In this document: positions 53,103 through 64,000 of the stretch, piece after piece
Position numbering within the stretch: the stretch's first letter is position 1
Layout: each line of letters starts with the position of its first letter
Assembly (NCBI GenBank): GCA_963851465.1
Contig: CAWKPJ010000008.1
Coordinates: 25,579 to 89,578, forward strand
Direction of reading: 5' to 3'
Origin: an uncultured beta proteobacterium
GTDB lineage: Bacteria > Pseudomonadota > Gammaproteobacteria > Burkholderiales > Casimicrobiaceae
DNA length: 64,000 nt
The notes under the pieces: model-generated
Database searches by the model: none
What the model was told of the DNA's origin: nothing
What the model saw: only the letters and a program-made list of their open reading frames with translations
Translations under genes and position numbers: made by a program

Positions 53103-54032
53103 CTATTCGATGGTACCGAGCGCACGACCCGCCGCGATGCCGAGGGCAGCCTGCGCAGCACGCGCAGCAACGGAATACGGCGCGGCGCGCAGGAAGCCGT
53201 GCGCGAGACGCGGCGCTTCGACGAGCGTCGTCGCCACGCCGGCGGCGCGCAGCAGCTCCGCATACCGCACGCCGTCATCGCGCAGCGGATCGAGCTCGGC
53301 GACGACGACGTGCGCCGGCGGCAGGCCGGCCAGCGTCACTGCGCGCGAGGGCACCGCGCGCGGATCGGGGGTGTCGAGCGCGCCGCCGAGGTAGTGCCCC
53401 CAATAGTCGATCATGTCGGCGCGTGTCAGTGTCGCGCTCACCGCGTGCTCGCGATAGCTCGGCGTCTCGAAATCGGGCTCGATGACCGGATAGATCAGCA
53501 ACTGGAACGCAAGCGGGATGCCGCGATCGCGCGCCTCCTGCGCCAGGCCTGCCGCGAGATGTGCACCCGCGCTGTCGCCGCCGACGGCGAGGCGCGACGC
53601 ATCGGCGCCGAGCGAGTGCGCGTTTGCGGCCACCCATTCGAGCGCGGCGAAGGCATCATCGTTCGGCTGCGGAAAAGGGCTCTCCGGCGCCAGGCGATAG
53701 TCGACGCTGGCGACAACGGCCTGCGCGTCCTGCGCGAGCGCCGCGCATGCGCCGTCGTGCGTGAACACGCTGCCGGCGACCCAGCCGCCGCCGTGGAAGT
53801 ACACGATCGCCGGTGGCGTACCCGCCGCCGGCCGATAGATGCGCACGCGCAATTCGCGTCCGGGCAGCGTGATGACGCGATCTTCACGGGCGACGCTGTC
53901 GGCGGGCGGCGGAAAGCGGCGCTGGATCGCCTCCATGCGCTCGCGACGGGCGGGGATGTCGAAGGGTACCGGCAGCGGCAGTTCGCGGGCGATACGGTCG
54001 AGATAGGCGGCGAGTTCGGGGTCGAGGCGCAT
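53103..54032 (-). CDS. Alpha/beta hydrolase of the HSL/Aes esterase family
   Basis: HGGGW, DYRLAPE, GDSAG, DPLRD, HGF. Confidence 0.92.
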   Translation of the reverse strand: MRLDPELAAYLDRIARELPLPVPFDIPARRERMEAIQRRFPPPADSVAREDRVITLPGRELRVRIYRPAAGTPPAIVYFHGGGWVAGSVFTHDGACAALAQDAQAVVASVDYRLAPESPFPQPNDDAFAALEWVAANAHSLGADASRLAVGGDSAGAHLAAGLAQEARDRGIPLAFQLLIYPVIEPDFETPSYREHAVSATLTRADMIDYWGHYLGGALDTPDPRAVPSRAVTLAGLPPAHVVVAELDPLRDDGVRYAELLRAAGVATTLVEAPRLAHGFLRAAPYSVAARAAQAALGIAAGRALGTIE

Positions 54033-54064
54033 GGGACCGCAATTATCGCCGATGTGCGATTCCG

Positions 54065-54133
54065 GCCGGCTGAAGCCGGCCCAACAAGCATCGTTGCTGC
54101 TTCGCCCCCCTGCAGGTCAGGCTTCAGCCTGAC
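54065..54133. repeat. REP-like palindrome doublet overlapping the EamA stop codon
   Basis: GCCGGCTGAAGCCGGCCCAACA and TGCAGGTCAGGCTTCAGCCTGAC. Confidence 0.7.
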
Positions 54134-54995
54134 GCGGGACGCCGACCCGCAGCACCGCCGCCGTCCCCGCGATGATCATTGCCGCGCCCGCGATCATCGC
54201 GGCCGTGACGCGCTCGTCGAGGAACAGCACGCCCCACGCCATGCCGAACGCGGGCATCAGGAACGTGACCGTCATCGCGCGTGTCGGACCAACGTCTGCG
54301 ATCAGCCGGTAGTAGAGCAGGTAGGCAACGCCGCTGCAAATCAGCGCGAGCGCCAGCATGTCGATCACCACAAGCGTCGTCAGCACGCCGGGCATCGTCG
54401 TTGCACTCGCGACCGGCAGCAGCACGAACGACGCGAAGATCTGGCTCCAGCCGGCGATGGCGACGGGCTTCAGGCGCGCGCCGTGACGCTTGATCCAGAC
54501 GCCGGCGAGCGCGTAGCAGAGCGAGGCGCCCAGGCTTGCGGCGATCGCGACGACGATTGTCGCGTCAGGCGCGATCGGCCCCGCGCGGCTTACCATCGCC
54601 ACGCCGGCCGCGCCGAGGGCGAGCCCCGCGACTTTCAGCGCGGTCAGCCGATCGCCGAGCCACACCGCCGCGACCACTGCCGCGAACATCGGCGCCGCCG
54701 CGTTCAGGATGACGAGATACGACGCCGGCAGGTACAGGGCCGCGTACGCGAACAGCGCGAACGGCAGTGCGCTGTTGAGCGTACCGATGAACAGATAGGC
54801 GCGCCAGTGGCGCCGCACGTCGGCATCGACGTGCGTCACCGCGAACCATGCGACGAGCGCTACGCCGGCGATCAGCACGCGCAGCGTCGTGGTCCACATC
54901 GGCCCGAGCACGGGGACGAGCACGCGCAGGAACACGAACGACAGGCTCCAGATGATCGCCAGCGCGACAAGACGCGCGATGTCGGCGCCGCGCAT
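54117..54995 (-). CDS. DMT/EamA-family transporter
   Basis: LAIIWSLSF, NSALPF, GVAYLLYYRL, VTFLMP; about ten hydrophobic segments. Confidence 0.88.
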   Translation of the reverse strand: MRGADIARLVALAIIWSLSFVFLRVLVPVLGPMWTTTLRVLIAGVALVAWFAVTHVDADVRRHWRAYLFIGTLNSALPFALFAYAALYLPASYLVILNAAAPMFAAVVAAVWLGDRLTALKVAGLALGAAGVAMVSRAGPIAPDATIVVAIAASLGASLCYALAGVWIKRHGARLKPVAIAGWSQIFASFVLLPVASATTMPGVLTTLVVIDMLALALICSGVAYLLYYRLIADVGPTRAMTVTFLMPAFGMAWGVLFLDERVTAAMIAGAAMIIAGTAAVLRVGVPRQAEA

Positions 54996-54997
54996 CT

Positions 54998-55504
54998 TCA
55001 AGCCGCGAGCGTGAAGCTCGCCGGACTCTGCTCGAGCGCCAGCAGCGCGCGCTTGCGGTCGAGGCCGCCGGCGTAGCCGGTGAGCGCCCCGCTCGCGCCG
55101 ACGACCCGATGGCATGGCACCACGATCGACCATGGGTTGCGGCCGGTGGCGGCGCCCGCGGCGCGAACGCTCCCCGGATGTCCTGCACGGGCGGCGACCT
55201 CGGTGTACGTCGCCGTGCTGCCGCAGGGGATCGTCGCGATCGCGTGCCACACCGAGCGCTGGAACGCCGTCCCCGGCGCCGCAAGCTGCAGATCGAACTT
55301 CGTGCGTGCACCCGCGAAATATTCGCCGAGTTGCTGCCGCGCCGCGCGCAGGACCGGCTGGCCTGCATCCTCCCGCCAGTGGGGCGCGGCCGCCGGAAAG
55401 TACTTCTGCCCGCTGAAATAGACGCCGGCGAGCGCGTCGCCATCGGCGACGAGCAGCATGTCGCCAAGCGGCGAGGGGATGGTGCAATGGCTGATCGAGT
55501 TCAC
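54998..55504 (-). CDS. ogt: Methylated-DNA--protein-cysteine methyltransferase
   Basis: SPLG, GTAFQRSVW, RAAGAA, PCHRV active site, GYAGG; GTG overlaps the alkA stop, with an AAGGAG RBS. Confidence 0.9.
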   Translation of the reverse strand: MNSISHCTIPSPLGDMLLVADGDALAGVYFSGQKYFPAAAPHWREDAGQPVLRAARQQLGEYFAGARTKFDLQLAAPGTAFQRSVWHAIATIPCGSTATYTEVAARAGHPGSVRAAGAATGRNPWSIVVPCHRVVGASGALTGYAGGLDRKRALLALEQSPASFTLAA

Positions 55505-56947
55505 GTCGAAGCTCCTTTCCACAGATGCATGACCGCATAGGCACGCCACGGACGCCATGCGGCGCTTGCCGCCTCGGCGCGCGCGGCGCGTGTTTCGTTC
55601 ATCGCGCGCAACACGATGAGGTCGTTGGCGAGGAACGCGTCGGGCCAGCGCAGCGCGCGCATCGCGATGTAGTGGGCGGTCCACGGACCCACGCCCGGCA
55701 GCGCGCGCAGGCGCTCGACCGTCGCGTCGACGTCGACGCCAGGCTCGATCACGAGCGTCCCGCCTGCGACCGCTTCCGCGAGGGCGATCGACTGTGCGCG
55801 CCCGCGCCGGCGTCAGGCCGCAACGCGCGACCGCGTCGGCACCCGCCAGCGCAATGTCCGCCGCCGACGGAAAGAGCCGCGGCGCCTCCGCATCGCTCCA
55901 CGCCGCGCCATCGAACGACCGCCCATGCGCGCGGACGATGCGCCCGAGCAGCGTTCGCGCGCCGCGCACCGAAATCTGCTGCCCGACGATCGCCCGCACG
56001 CCGAGCTCGAACCCATCGAACGTGCCTGGTACGCGCAGTCCGGGATGCGCGGCGGCGAGCGCGCCGAGGTGCGCGTCGATCTCGCCCGGATCGCACGCGA
56101 GATCGAATGCGTGCTTGACCCGCGCGAGGGCGAGCGGGACCACGCGCGCGAACGACGCCGAAAGGTTCACCGCGAGCGCGGCCTTGCGCGGTACCCGACG
56201 TACTTCGACGATCCCCGCGTGCGTGGTGCCGCGATGGACGATCGCCAGTGTCCGCGCGTATCCATGCGCCGTGACGCTTTCGACCCCCGGAATCGCGCGC
56301 TCGCGCAGGAAATCGAGGAGCGCGTCGAATGCGTAGGGCGGACGGTACGCGAGCTCGAAGCGCAGCATGTCGGGCAGCGCACCCGGCATGCGCTCGCGGC
56401 GCAGCCGTCCGGGCGCCATCCGATAGCGATTCTTGAACAGGGCGTTGAAGCGGCGCACGCTCTGGAAGCCGCTCGCGAGCGCGATCTCGGTCACAGGCAG
56501 CGCCGTATCGGTCAGCAGACGCTTGGCGAGCAGAAGCCGCTGCGTCTGCGCGTATTCGATCGGCGCGACGCCGAATTCCGCGAGAAACACGCGGCGCAGG
56601 TGCCGGCTGGTCACCCCGACGCGCTCCGCCAGGTGCTCGAGGCCGCCTTCCTCGAGCACGCCATTTTCGATCAGGCCCACGGCGCCTTGCGCGAGTCGCG
56701 CCGTCGCATCGATGCTGGCCATTCCCGGCGCAAGCTCGGGCCGGCACCGCATGCAGGGTCGGAAGCCTTCGACCTCGGCCGCCGCTGCGCTCATGAAGAA
56801 GCGACAGTTCTCCCGCCGCGGTGTGCGCACGGTGCATACCGGGCGACAATAGATGTGCGTCGACGTGACGCCGACGAAAAAGTGTCCGTCGAAGCGCGCG
56901 TCGTGCGTGGCGAGCGCCCGGTAGCAGCTGTCGGCATCGAGGTTCAT
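55501..56947 (-). CDS. alkA: AdaA-AlkA: Ada Zn/AraC regulator fused to DNA-3-methyladenine glycosylase II (indel near 55790)
   Basis: DARFDG, IYCRPVC, FRPCMRCRP, AraC HTH, GQQIS, LPGVGPWTAHYIAMR, WRPWRAYA. Confidence 0.88.
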
Positions 56948-57111
56948 GGCCCGGATTATGCGCCGGAGATTCCAACCCGACTCGCCGTTTTCGGACCTGG
57001 AAGTCCAGCGCCCGCCCCGCGCCGACGCTCGCGTGCCAGCGGTGCGAACCGAAGTTGCGCATAATCACGGCTTGCCGCGCACCTCGCGTGCCTTCCATCC
57101 GGAGAACTCCG

Positions 57112-58101
57112 ATGATTCGCCCCCTTCCTCGCGTCGCGCTCGCCGTACTCGCCGTCGTTGCACTTGCCTGCACGAGCGGCCCGTCCGCGCAAACGCTGGA
57201 CAAGCTCACGTTCTCCACCGACTGGCTCGCGCAGGCCGAGCACGGCGGCTTCTATCAGGCGCTCGCCGAAGGCACATACAAGCGCTACGGCCTCGATGTG
57301 ACGGTCAAGTCCGGCGGACCGCAGGTCAACGGGCTGCAGCTGCTCGCCGCCAAGCAGATCGACGTCGCGATGGCAGACGCGCTGCAGGTCACCTCCGCGA
57401 TCGAGCAGAAGGTGCCGCTGGTGACGATCGCCGCGACGTTCCAGAAGAACCCGACGGTGATCATCGCGCACATGGGCGTGGCGGGGTTGGCCGACCTGAA
57501 GGGCAAGCCCGTAGCCGTGGCCTCTGCCGCAAACACGACGTTCTGGCCGTGGCTCAAGGAGCGCTACAGCTTCACCGACGATCAGAAGCGCCCGTACGCA
57601 TTTTCGGTGCAGCCGTTCCTCGTCGACAAGAACCTGTCGCAACAGGGCTTCGCCACGTCGGAGCCGTTCATGATCGAAAAGGGCGGCGTGAAGCCGGCGG
57701 TGTTCCTGCTCGCAGACCTGGGCTATCCGCCATATTCCGAAGCGCTGGTGGTCACCCGCGACACGCTCGCGCAGCGCGGCGATGTGCTGCGACGCTTCGT
57801 GCTGGCATCCGCCGAGGGCTGGCGCAGCTATCTCGCCAATCCTGCGCCAGGCAACGCGCTCATCAAGAAGGCCAATCCCGAGATGGCCGACGATCTGCTC
57901 GCTTACGGTCACGCGAAGATGAAGGAGTATGCGATCGTCGCCGGCGAGGACACGAAGACCGGCGGGCTGCTCACGATGACCGACGCGCGGTGGAAGAGCA
58001 CCGTCGACTTCCTGCGCAGCGCGGGCCTCGCGAAGCCAGACGTCGACTATCGCCAGGCATGGACGCTCGACATCGTGAGCAAGGTGAAGGTATTACCGTG
58101 A
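57112..58101 (+). CDS. NMT1/THI5-like ABC substrate-binding protein
   Basis: GGAGA RBS, signal peptide, DWLAQAEHGGFYQA, GGPQVN, SEPF. Confidence 0.85.
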   Translation: MIRPLPRVALAVLAVVALACTSGPSAQTLDKLTFSTDWLAQAEHGGFYQALAEGTYKRYGLDVTVKSGGPQVNGLQLLAAKQIDVAMADALQVTSAIEQKVPLVTIAATFQKNPTVIIAHMGVAGLADLKGKPVAVASAANTTFWPWLKERYSFTDDQKRPYAFSVQPFLVDKNLSQQGFATSEPFMIEKGGVKPAVFLLADLGYPPYSEALVVTRDTLAQRGDVLRRFVLASAEGWRSYLANPAPGNALIKKANPEMADDLLAYGHAKMKEYAIVAGEDTKTGGLLTMTDARWKSTVDFLRSAGLAKPDVDYRQAWTLDIVSKVKVLP

Positions 58102-58166
58102 GCCCGCCGGGCCGTCCCAAGGGCGAACTGCGCCGGAGTGCGCAGCACGAAGGTCAGCCAAATTAG
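58098..58166. repeat. Intergenic element sharing an inverted 20-bp core with the 75-bp repeat
   Basis: CCCGCCGGGCCGTCCCAAGG (58103-58122) is the reverse complement of CCTTGGGGCGGCCCGGCGGG in the 61145 copy with one mismatch. Confidence 0.7.
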
Positions 58167-58983
58167 CGAGAGCCCGGCGTCCGCCGCGAGCGACGCCGTG
58201 GTGGTCGCACTGCGCGGCGTCGACAAGCGCTTCGCGAACGGGACGCAGGCGCTCGCCCCGGTCGATCTCGCGGTGCGACGGGGCGAGTTCGTCACGCTGC
58301 TCGGCCCGTCGGGCTGCGGCAAGTCGACGCTGCTCAATCTCGTTGCCGGCCTGCTGACGCCTACGCACGGCGAGATTCGCTGGTGGGGCGGACCGCTGGC
58401 GGCGTCGGGTGGCACGGGACGCCGCGTCGGTTTCGTTTTCCAATCGCCGACGCTGATGCCGTGGGCACGCGTCGACGCGAACGTGCGCCTGCCGCTCGAT
58501 CTCGCGCGGGTGCCGCGGACGGAAGCGGAACGCGCGGTCGCCGAGGTGCTGGAGCTCGTCGGCCTTCGCGGGTTCGCCCGCCATCTGCCGCGTGAACTGT
58601 CCGGTGGCATGCAGATGCGCGTCTCGATCGCACGCGCGCTCGTCACCTCGCCCGACCTCCTCCTGATGGACGAGCCGTTCGGCGCGCTCGACGAGTTCAC
58701 CCGGCAGCGGCTCGACGACGAGCTTTCCGCGTTGTGGCGCGCGCGCGGGCTTACGGTCGTGTTCGTGACGCACAGCATCGTCGAGGCGGTATTTCTGTCG
58801 ACGCGCGTCGCGGTCATGGCTGCGCGACCGGGCCGCGTGCTTGCCGACGTGGCGATCGACGCGCCCTTCCCACGCGGCGACGCATGGCGCGTGTCGACAG
58901 TCGCGGCGGCGCACGCGCAGCACCTGTCCGAAATGGTCGCCCACGCCAACACGCAGGGCGCCGACGCCGGCGTTTCGACATGA
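58138..58983 (+). CDS. NitT/TauT-type ABC ATPase (true start may be near 58163)
   Basis: GPSGCGKST, LSGGMQMR, LLMDEPF, VTHS. Confidence 0.9.
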   Translation: MRSTKVSQISESPASAASDAVVVALRGVDKRFANGTQALAPVDLAVRRGEFVTLLGPSGCGKSTLLNLVAGLLTPTHGEIRWWGGPLAASGGTGRRVGFVFQSPTLMPWARVDANVRLPLDLARVPRTEAERAVAEVLELVGLRGFARHLPRELSGGMQMRVSIARALVTSPDLLLMDEPFGALDEFTRQRLDDELSALWRARGLTVVFVTHSIVEAVFLSTRVAVMAARPGRVLADVAIDAPFPRGDAWRVSTVAAAHAQHLSEMVAHANTQGADAGVST

Positions 58984-59776
58984 CCGAGGACGACCGCGCG
59001 TCGCAAGCGCTGCGCTTCGTCGCGCCGGCGATCGTTGCGCTCGTCGTGATCGGGTTGTGGCAGGCACTGACCACCGCATTCGAGGTGCCGACCTACATCG
59101 TGCCCTCGCCGTCCGTCGTGGCGCAGACGCTCGTCGCCGATCGCGAGCTCCTGCTGCGTTCGCTGGGGGTCACGCTCGGCATTGCGCTCGCCGCGCTGGC
59201 GATCGCCGTCGTCGCGGGGACGCTCGCGGCGCTGCTGTTCGTGCAGAGCCGGTGGATCGAGATGAGCCTGTTTCCCTACGCCGTGCTGCTGCAGGTGACG
59301 CCGATCGTCGCGATCGCGCCGCTCATCATCATCTGGGTCAAGGATGCGCGGACGGCGCTGGTGCTGTGCGCGGTCGTCGTCGCGATCTTCCCGATCATCT
59401 CGAACACGACGCTCGGGCTGCGCAGCGTCGATCCTGGATTGCTCGATCTCTTCCGCATGGCGCGCGCGACGCGCTGGCAGACGCTGGTGCGGCTGCGCGT
59501 GCCGAGCGCGCTGCCCTATTTCTTCGGCGGGCTGCGCATCGCGAGCGGCCTGGCGCTGATCGGCGCCGTCGTCGCCGAGTTCGTCGCCGGCACCGGCGGC
59601 AGCGGCGCCGGCCTCGCCTACCAGATTCTGCTTGCCGGCTTCCAGCTCAATATTCCGCGGCTCTTCGCCGCGCTGGTGCTGATCGCCGTCACCGGCGTCG
59701 CGCTGTTCGGCCTCACGGTGTGGCTGTCGCGGCTTGCGCTTTCGCGATGGCACGAAAGCGAGCTCGCGGTGCGCGA

Positions 59777-59780
<4 letters not shown>
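58980..59780 (+). CDS. NitT/TauT-type ABC permease
   Basis: VPSP, QVTPIVAIAPL, LRVPSALP, IGAVVAEF. Confidence 0.9.
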
Positions 59781-61141
<1,361 letters not shown>

Positions 61142-61144
61142 ATG

Positions 61145-61219
61145 ACGACCCCCACGCTCACTGCGTTCGCTGCCCCCATAGGGGGAGCAAGCCTCCCTTG
61201 GGGCGGCCCGGCGGGAGGC
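61145..61219. repeat. Third copy of the 75-bp structured repeat
   Basis: Near-identical to 34006-34080, with a compensatory change in the terminal stem (GCCTCCC/GGGAGGC versus GCCTTCC/GGAAGGC). Confidence 0.95.
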
Positions 61220-61221
61220 TG

Positions 61222-62409
61222 ATGGAAGCTTTCGATTTCGTCGTGATCGGCGGCGGCGTCATCGGCACGTCGATCGCTTTCCACCTCTCGCGCTTCGGGG
61301 CGCGCAGCGTCCTGCTGCTCGAACGCACGCAGCTCGGTGCGGGGACGACGGCGCAATCGTCCTGTCTGGTGCGTACGCACTACTCTGTTCCCGAAAACGT
61401 GGCGCTCGCAAAGGCCGGCCGCGACATCCTTGCCGATTTCTCCCGCTACCTCGATGACGCGGACGCCGACAGCGGCTTTCATCGCTGCGGGATGATGATC
61501 GTCGCGCCGCCCGGCGAACGCTCGACCGCGCTGTCCGAGAGCCTCGCCGTCGCGCGCGCCGCGGGCGTGGACGCGCGCAAAATCGCCCACGACGATGCAG
61601 CCCGCCTGCATCCCCTGCTCCGGCTCGACGACATCGCGACGATCGGCTGGGAGCCCGATTCCGGCTACGCCGATGCCTATCTGACGCTCACTGCATTCGC
61701 CCGCAATGCGCGCAAGCTCGGTGCAGTCATTCGCGAAGGCGTCGCGGTGACGGCACTCAAGCGCGACGCCGCGGGCCGCGTGACCGGCGTGCGCACCACG
61801 CAGGGCGATGTCGCGGCGGGCACCGTGATCGCCGCGCAGAACATCTGGACCGGCGAGCTCGCTCGCTGGATCGGCATCGACCTTCCGCTTGTGCTGTCGC
61901 GCCACGCGGTGTTCACGCTCGAAGGCGCTGTGCCCTATCGACGCGATCTCCCGGTCATCAAGGACCTCGCGTCCGCCGGCAAGCTCTATTTCCGGAGCTA
62001 CGGCGGCGCGCAGGTGCTGGTGGGCGACGGCAACGAGGGCGACACGATCGCCACCCCCGACATCGAGCAGGCCGACGTTCCGCTCGACTATGTGGTCGAC
62101 ATCGGCGCGCAACTGGCGCATCGCGTACCTGCGTTCGAGGACGCCGGGCTCGCGGCGTCATGGACCGGCGTCTACGATGTCACGCCCGACTGGAATCCCG
62201 TGCTGGGCCCCATCGACGGCGTGCCGGGATTGCAGGTCGCCTACGGTTTTTCCGGGCACGGGTTCAAGCTGGCGCCAATCGTGGGCCGGCTGCTTGCGCA
62301 GTCGGCGCTCGGCGTCGCGACGGACCAGCCGCTTGCGCCGTATGCGCTCGGGCGCTTCGCCGCCGGACGACTGCTGACAGGTCGCTACGGCGCAGGCGCA
62401 GTTTCCTGA
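61222..62409 (+). CDS. FAD-dependent oxidoreductase (DAO / sarcosine-oxidase-beta-like)
   Basis: VVIGGGVIG, GTT, YDVTPD, GFSGHGFKLAP. Confidence 0.88.
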   Translation: MEAFDFVVIGGGVIGTSIAFHLSRFGARSVLLLERTQLGAGTTAQSSCLVRTHYSVPENVALAKAGRDILADFSRYLDDADADSGFHRCGMMIVAPPGERSTALSESLAVARAAGVDARKIAHDDAARLHPLLRLDDIATIGWEPDSGYADAYLTLTAFARNARKLGAVIREGVAVTALKRDAAGRVTGVRTTQGDVAAGTVIAAQNIWTGELARWIGIDLPLVLSRHAVFTLEGAVPYRRDLPVIKDLASAGKLYFRSYGGAQVLVGDGNEGDTIATPDIEQADVPLDYVVDIGAQLAHRVPAFEDAGLAASWTGVYDVTPDWNPVLGPIDGVPGLQVAYGFSGHGFKLAPIVGRLLAQSALGVATDQPLAPYALGRFAAGRLLTGRYGAGAVS

Positions 62410-62495
62410 AGCCTGCGAGCTTGGCTCGCCCGCGACAAGCCGTCATACTTGCTGCGCGCCTTGCATCGGGCCAGCGCGCACCTTGGGGAGGGTTC

Positions 62496-63471
62496 ATGGC
62501 ACGACCATCACGCATCGCCGGCGCGGCTGCCATCGCGGCGGGTCTCGTCTTCGCGACATCGTCACTCGCACAGGAGCGCGTCTTTTTCGGCATCGCCACC
62601 GGCGGCACCGGCGGCACTTACTATCCGCTGGGCGGCATGCTCGCGCAGCTCATCTCGAACAAGGTGGTGATCGGCGGCAAGAAGCTGTCGGCCACCGCCG
62701 AGACCGTCGGGCGCCTCGGTCGCCAACGCGCAGCTCCTCGGCCGCAAGGACATCGAGAGCGCGTTCGTCGCCGCCGATATCCTCGACGCCGCATACAACG
62801 GCAAGGGCCAGTTCGACGGCAAGCCGCTCAAGAACCTGCGCGCACTGGGGGCGCTGTACCCCGAGCAGGTGCAACTCGTCACGCTCGCATCGGCGAACGT
62901 GAAGAGCTTCAAGGATCTCAAGGGCAAGTCGGTGTCTTCGGGCTCGCCCGGATCGGGCCAGTGGCAACTGCTGGGCGATCTCCTCGAAGCGCACGGCATG
63001 ACGCGGCGGGACATCGGCGAGGACCTCTCGTCGTTCGCGCAGTCGGTCGACAAGATCAAGGACGGCAATCTCACCGCGTCGCTGATCACCGCCGGCGCGC
63101 CAACGTCGTCGATCACCGATCTCGCCAACGCGCGCGACGTCCGCATGGTTCCGCTGTCCGGTCCGGAGATCGACGCGCTGCGCAAGAAGCAGCCGTACTA
63201 CGCGATGGTCCAGTTGCCCGCCAACACCTACAAGGGCCAGGCCGCACCGGTCGACACGCTCGCGGTGCTGGCGATCTGGTCCACGCACGCGGAGCTGTCC
63301 GATCAGATGGCCTACGAGGTCACGAAAGCGCTGTTCGAGAACACCGAGACGCTGGGCCAGGTGCATCCCAAGGGCAAGGAAATCGCGCTCAAGACGGCGC
63401 TGCAGTCGATCTCGATTCCGCTGCATCCCGGCGCGGAGAAGTATTACCGCGAGAAGGGAATGATCAAGTAG
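62496..63471 (+). CDS. TAXI-family TRAP solute-binding protein (indel near 62710)
   Basis: IATGGTGGTYYPLG, ALYPE, SGSPGSG, PLHPGAEKYY. Confidence 0.9.
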
Positions 63472-63557
63472 GCCGCGCTCCGCATCCCCGGGAGTGAAAC
63501 TGACGAGGACCCCGCGGCTCAGGCGCGACGCGAAACGGATCTCTCGCCGCGCTCGCG

Positions 63558-63986
63558 ATGGCGTGGTGGACACTGTCCGCGCAGGCGGCGTGCGTGATCC
63601 TTGCGCCGCCTGACGGTGCGCCGCTCGCGCGCATCAGCGTCGACGAGCGCGACCCGACGTTTCGCCTGACCTACATTCATTCCGTCACGCGCACGCCCGT
63701 CGACGAGGTCTATCGGGTCGAAGGCTTGCGCATCGTGGAGACCGAGATCCGCTTTGATCAGCACGGCCCCGGCCTGCCGACGGCGCCCGACGCCGGCGGC
63801 ACCTTCGAGCATCGCGACGGCAAGTTCGTCGCGCGTGTGAATCGCAGCTTCGACACCATCGTGATGCGCGTCCACGCCGACCAGCAGCCCGCGCTGATCG
63901 CGGGCGCGCAATCCCTCGACCTCGCGCGCTGGGGCAATCGCGCTCTCGCGCTGACGGCGCACGCCGGAAACTGCGCTGCGCCATGA
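63558..63986 (+). CDS. DUF1850-like TAXI-TRAP-associated protein (start uncertain)
   Basis: FRLTYIHSVTRTPVDE...GPGLP; typical position between TAXI binding protein and permease. Confidence 0.7.
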   Translation: MAWWTLSAQAACVILAPPDGAPLARISVDERDPTFRLTYIHSVTRTPVDEVYRVEGLRIVETEIRFDQHGPGLPTAPDAGGTFEHRDGKFVARVNRSFDTIVMRVHADQQPALIAGAQSLDLARWGNRALALTAHAGNCAAP

Positions 63987-64000
63987 GCACATCGGGCCAA
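63983..64000 (+). CDS. Start of the next gene, probably the fused TRAP permease (runs off the window)
   Basis: ATGA overlap with the previous stop; identity inferred from operon context only. Confidence 0.35.

Noticed and set aside
54998-56947. 649-aa Ada-AlkA-Ogt triple fusion in the ORF track
   Set aside because: The AlkA HhH and C-terminal motifs continue in another frame (55501-55790), and ogt has its own RBS and GTG start. The fusion results from an indel near 55790.

Overview
This is a high-GC betaproteobacterial-type chromosome segment. Many single-base indels, concentrated at about 0.7-5.1, 10.6-21.9 and 39.4-46.1 kb, split otherwise ordinary genes and look like long-read errors. In order, the window holds: the start of kdpFA with a divergent kdpE; a PHB locus (phaA, phaB, inserted genes, phasin, phaR, rimO); two tandem tripartite RND efflux systems; an MscK-like channel and a GFA protein; an Mla/Pqi-like ABC system; a mirror-image pair of orphan GltI-like binding protein plus SlyB-like genes; a SYLF protein and gltS; a purine catabolism cluster (uraH, xdhABC, BMP-type ABC importer, puuD, guaD); a minus-strand run from adaA-alkA/ogt to a non-canonical soxXYZA cluster and a TIM-barrel enzyme; an NMT1-type ABC importer with an 8-oxoguanine-deaminase-like enzyme and an FAD oxidoreductase; and the start of a TAXI-TRAP transporter. 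I recognised no rRNA, tRNA, transposase or CRISPR array. The most notable observations are: (i) a structured 75-bp intergenic repeat that forms an in-frame mini-ORF between the upstream stop and the downstream start; (ii) a sox paralogue cluster with a SACLD carrier arm and no soxB/CD; (iii) an RND adaptor apparently fused to an OmpA-like peptidoglycan-binding domain; (iv) an anti-Shine-Dalgarno sRNA candidate in the phasin 3' UTR; (v) a hidden small membrane peptide ahead of kdpF. All product calls come from recognising motifs by eye, not from database searches.
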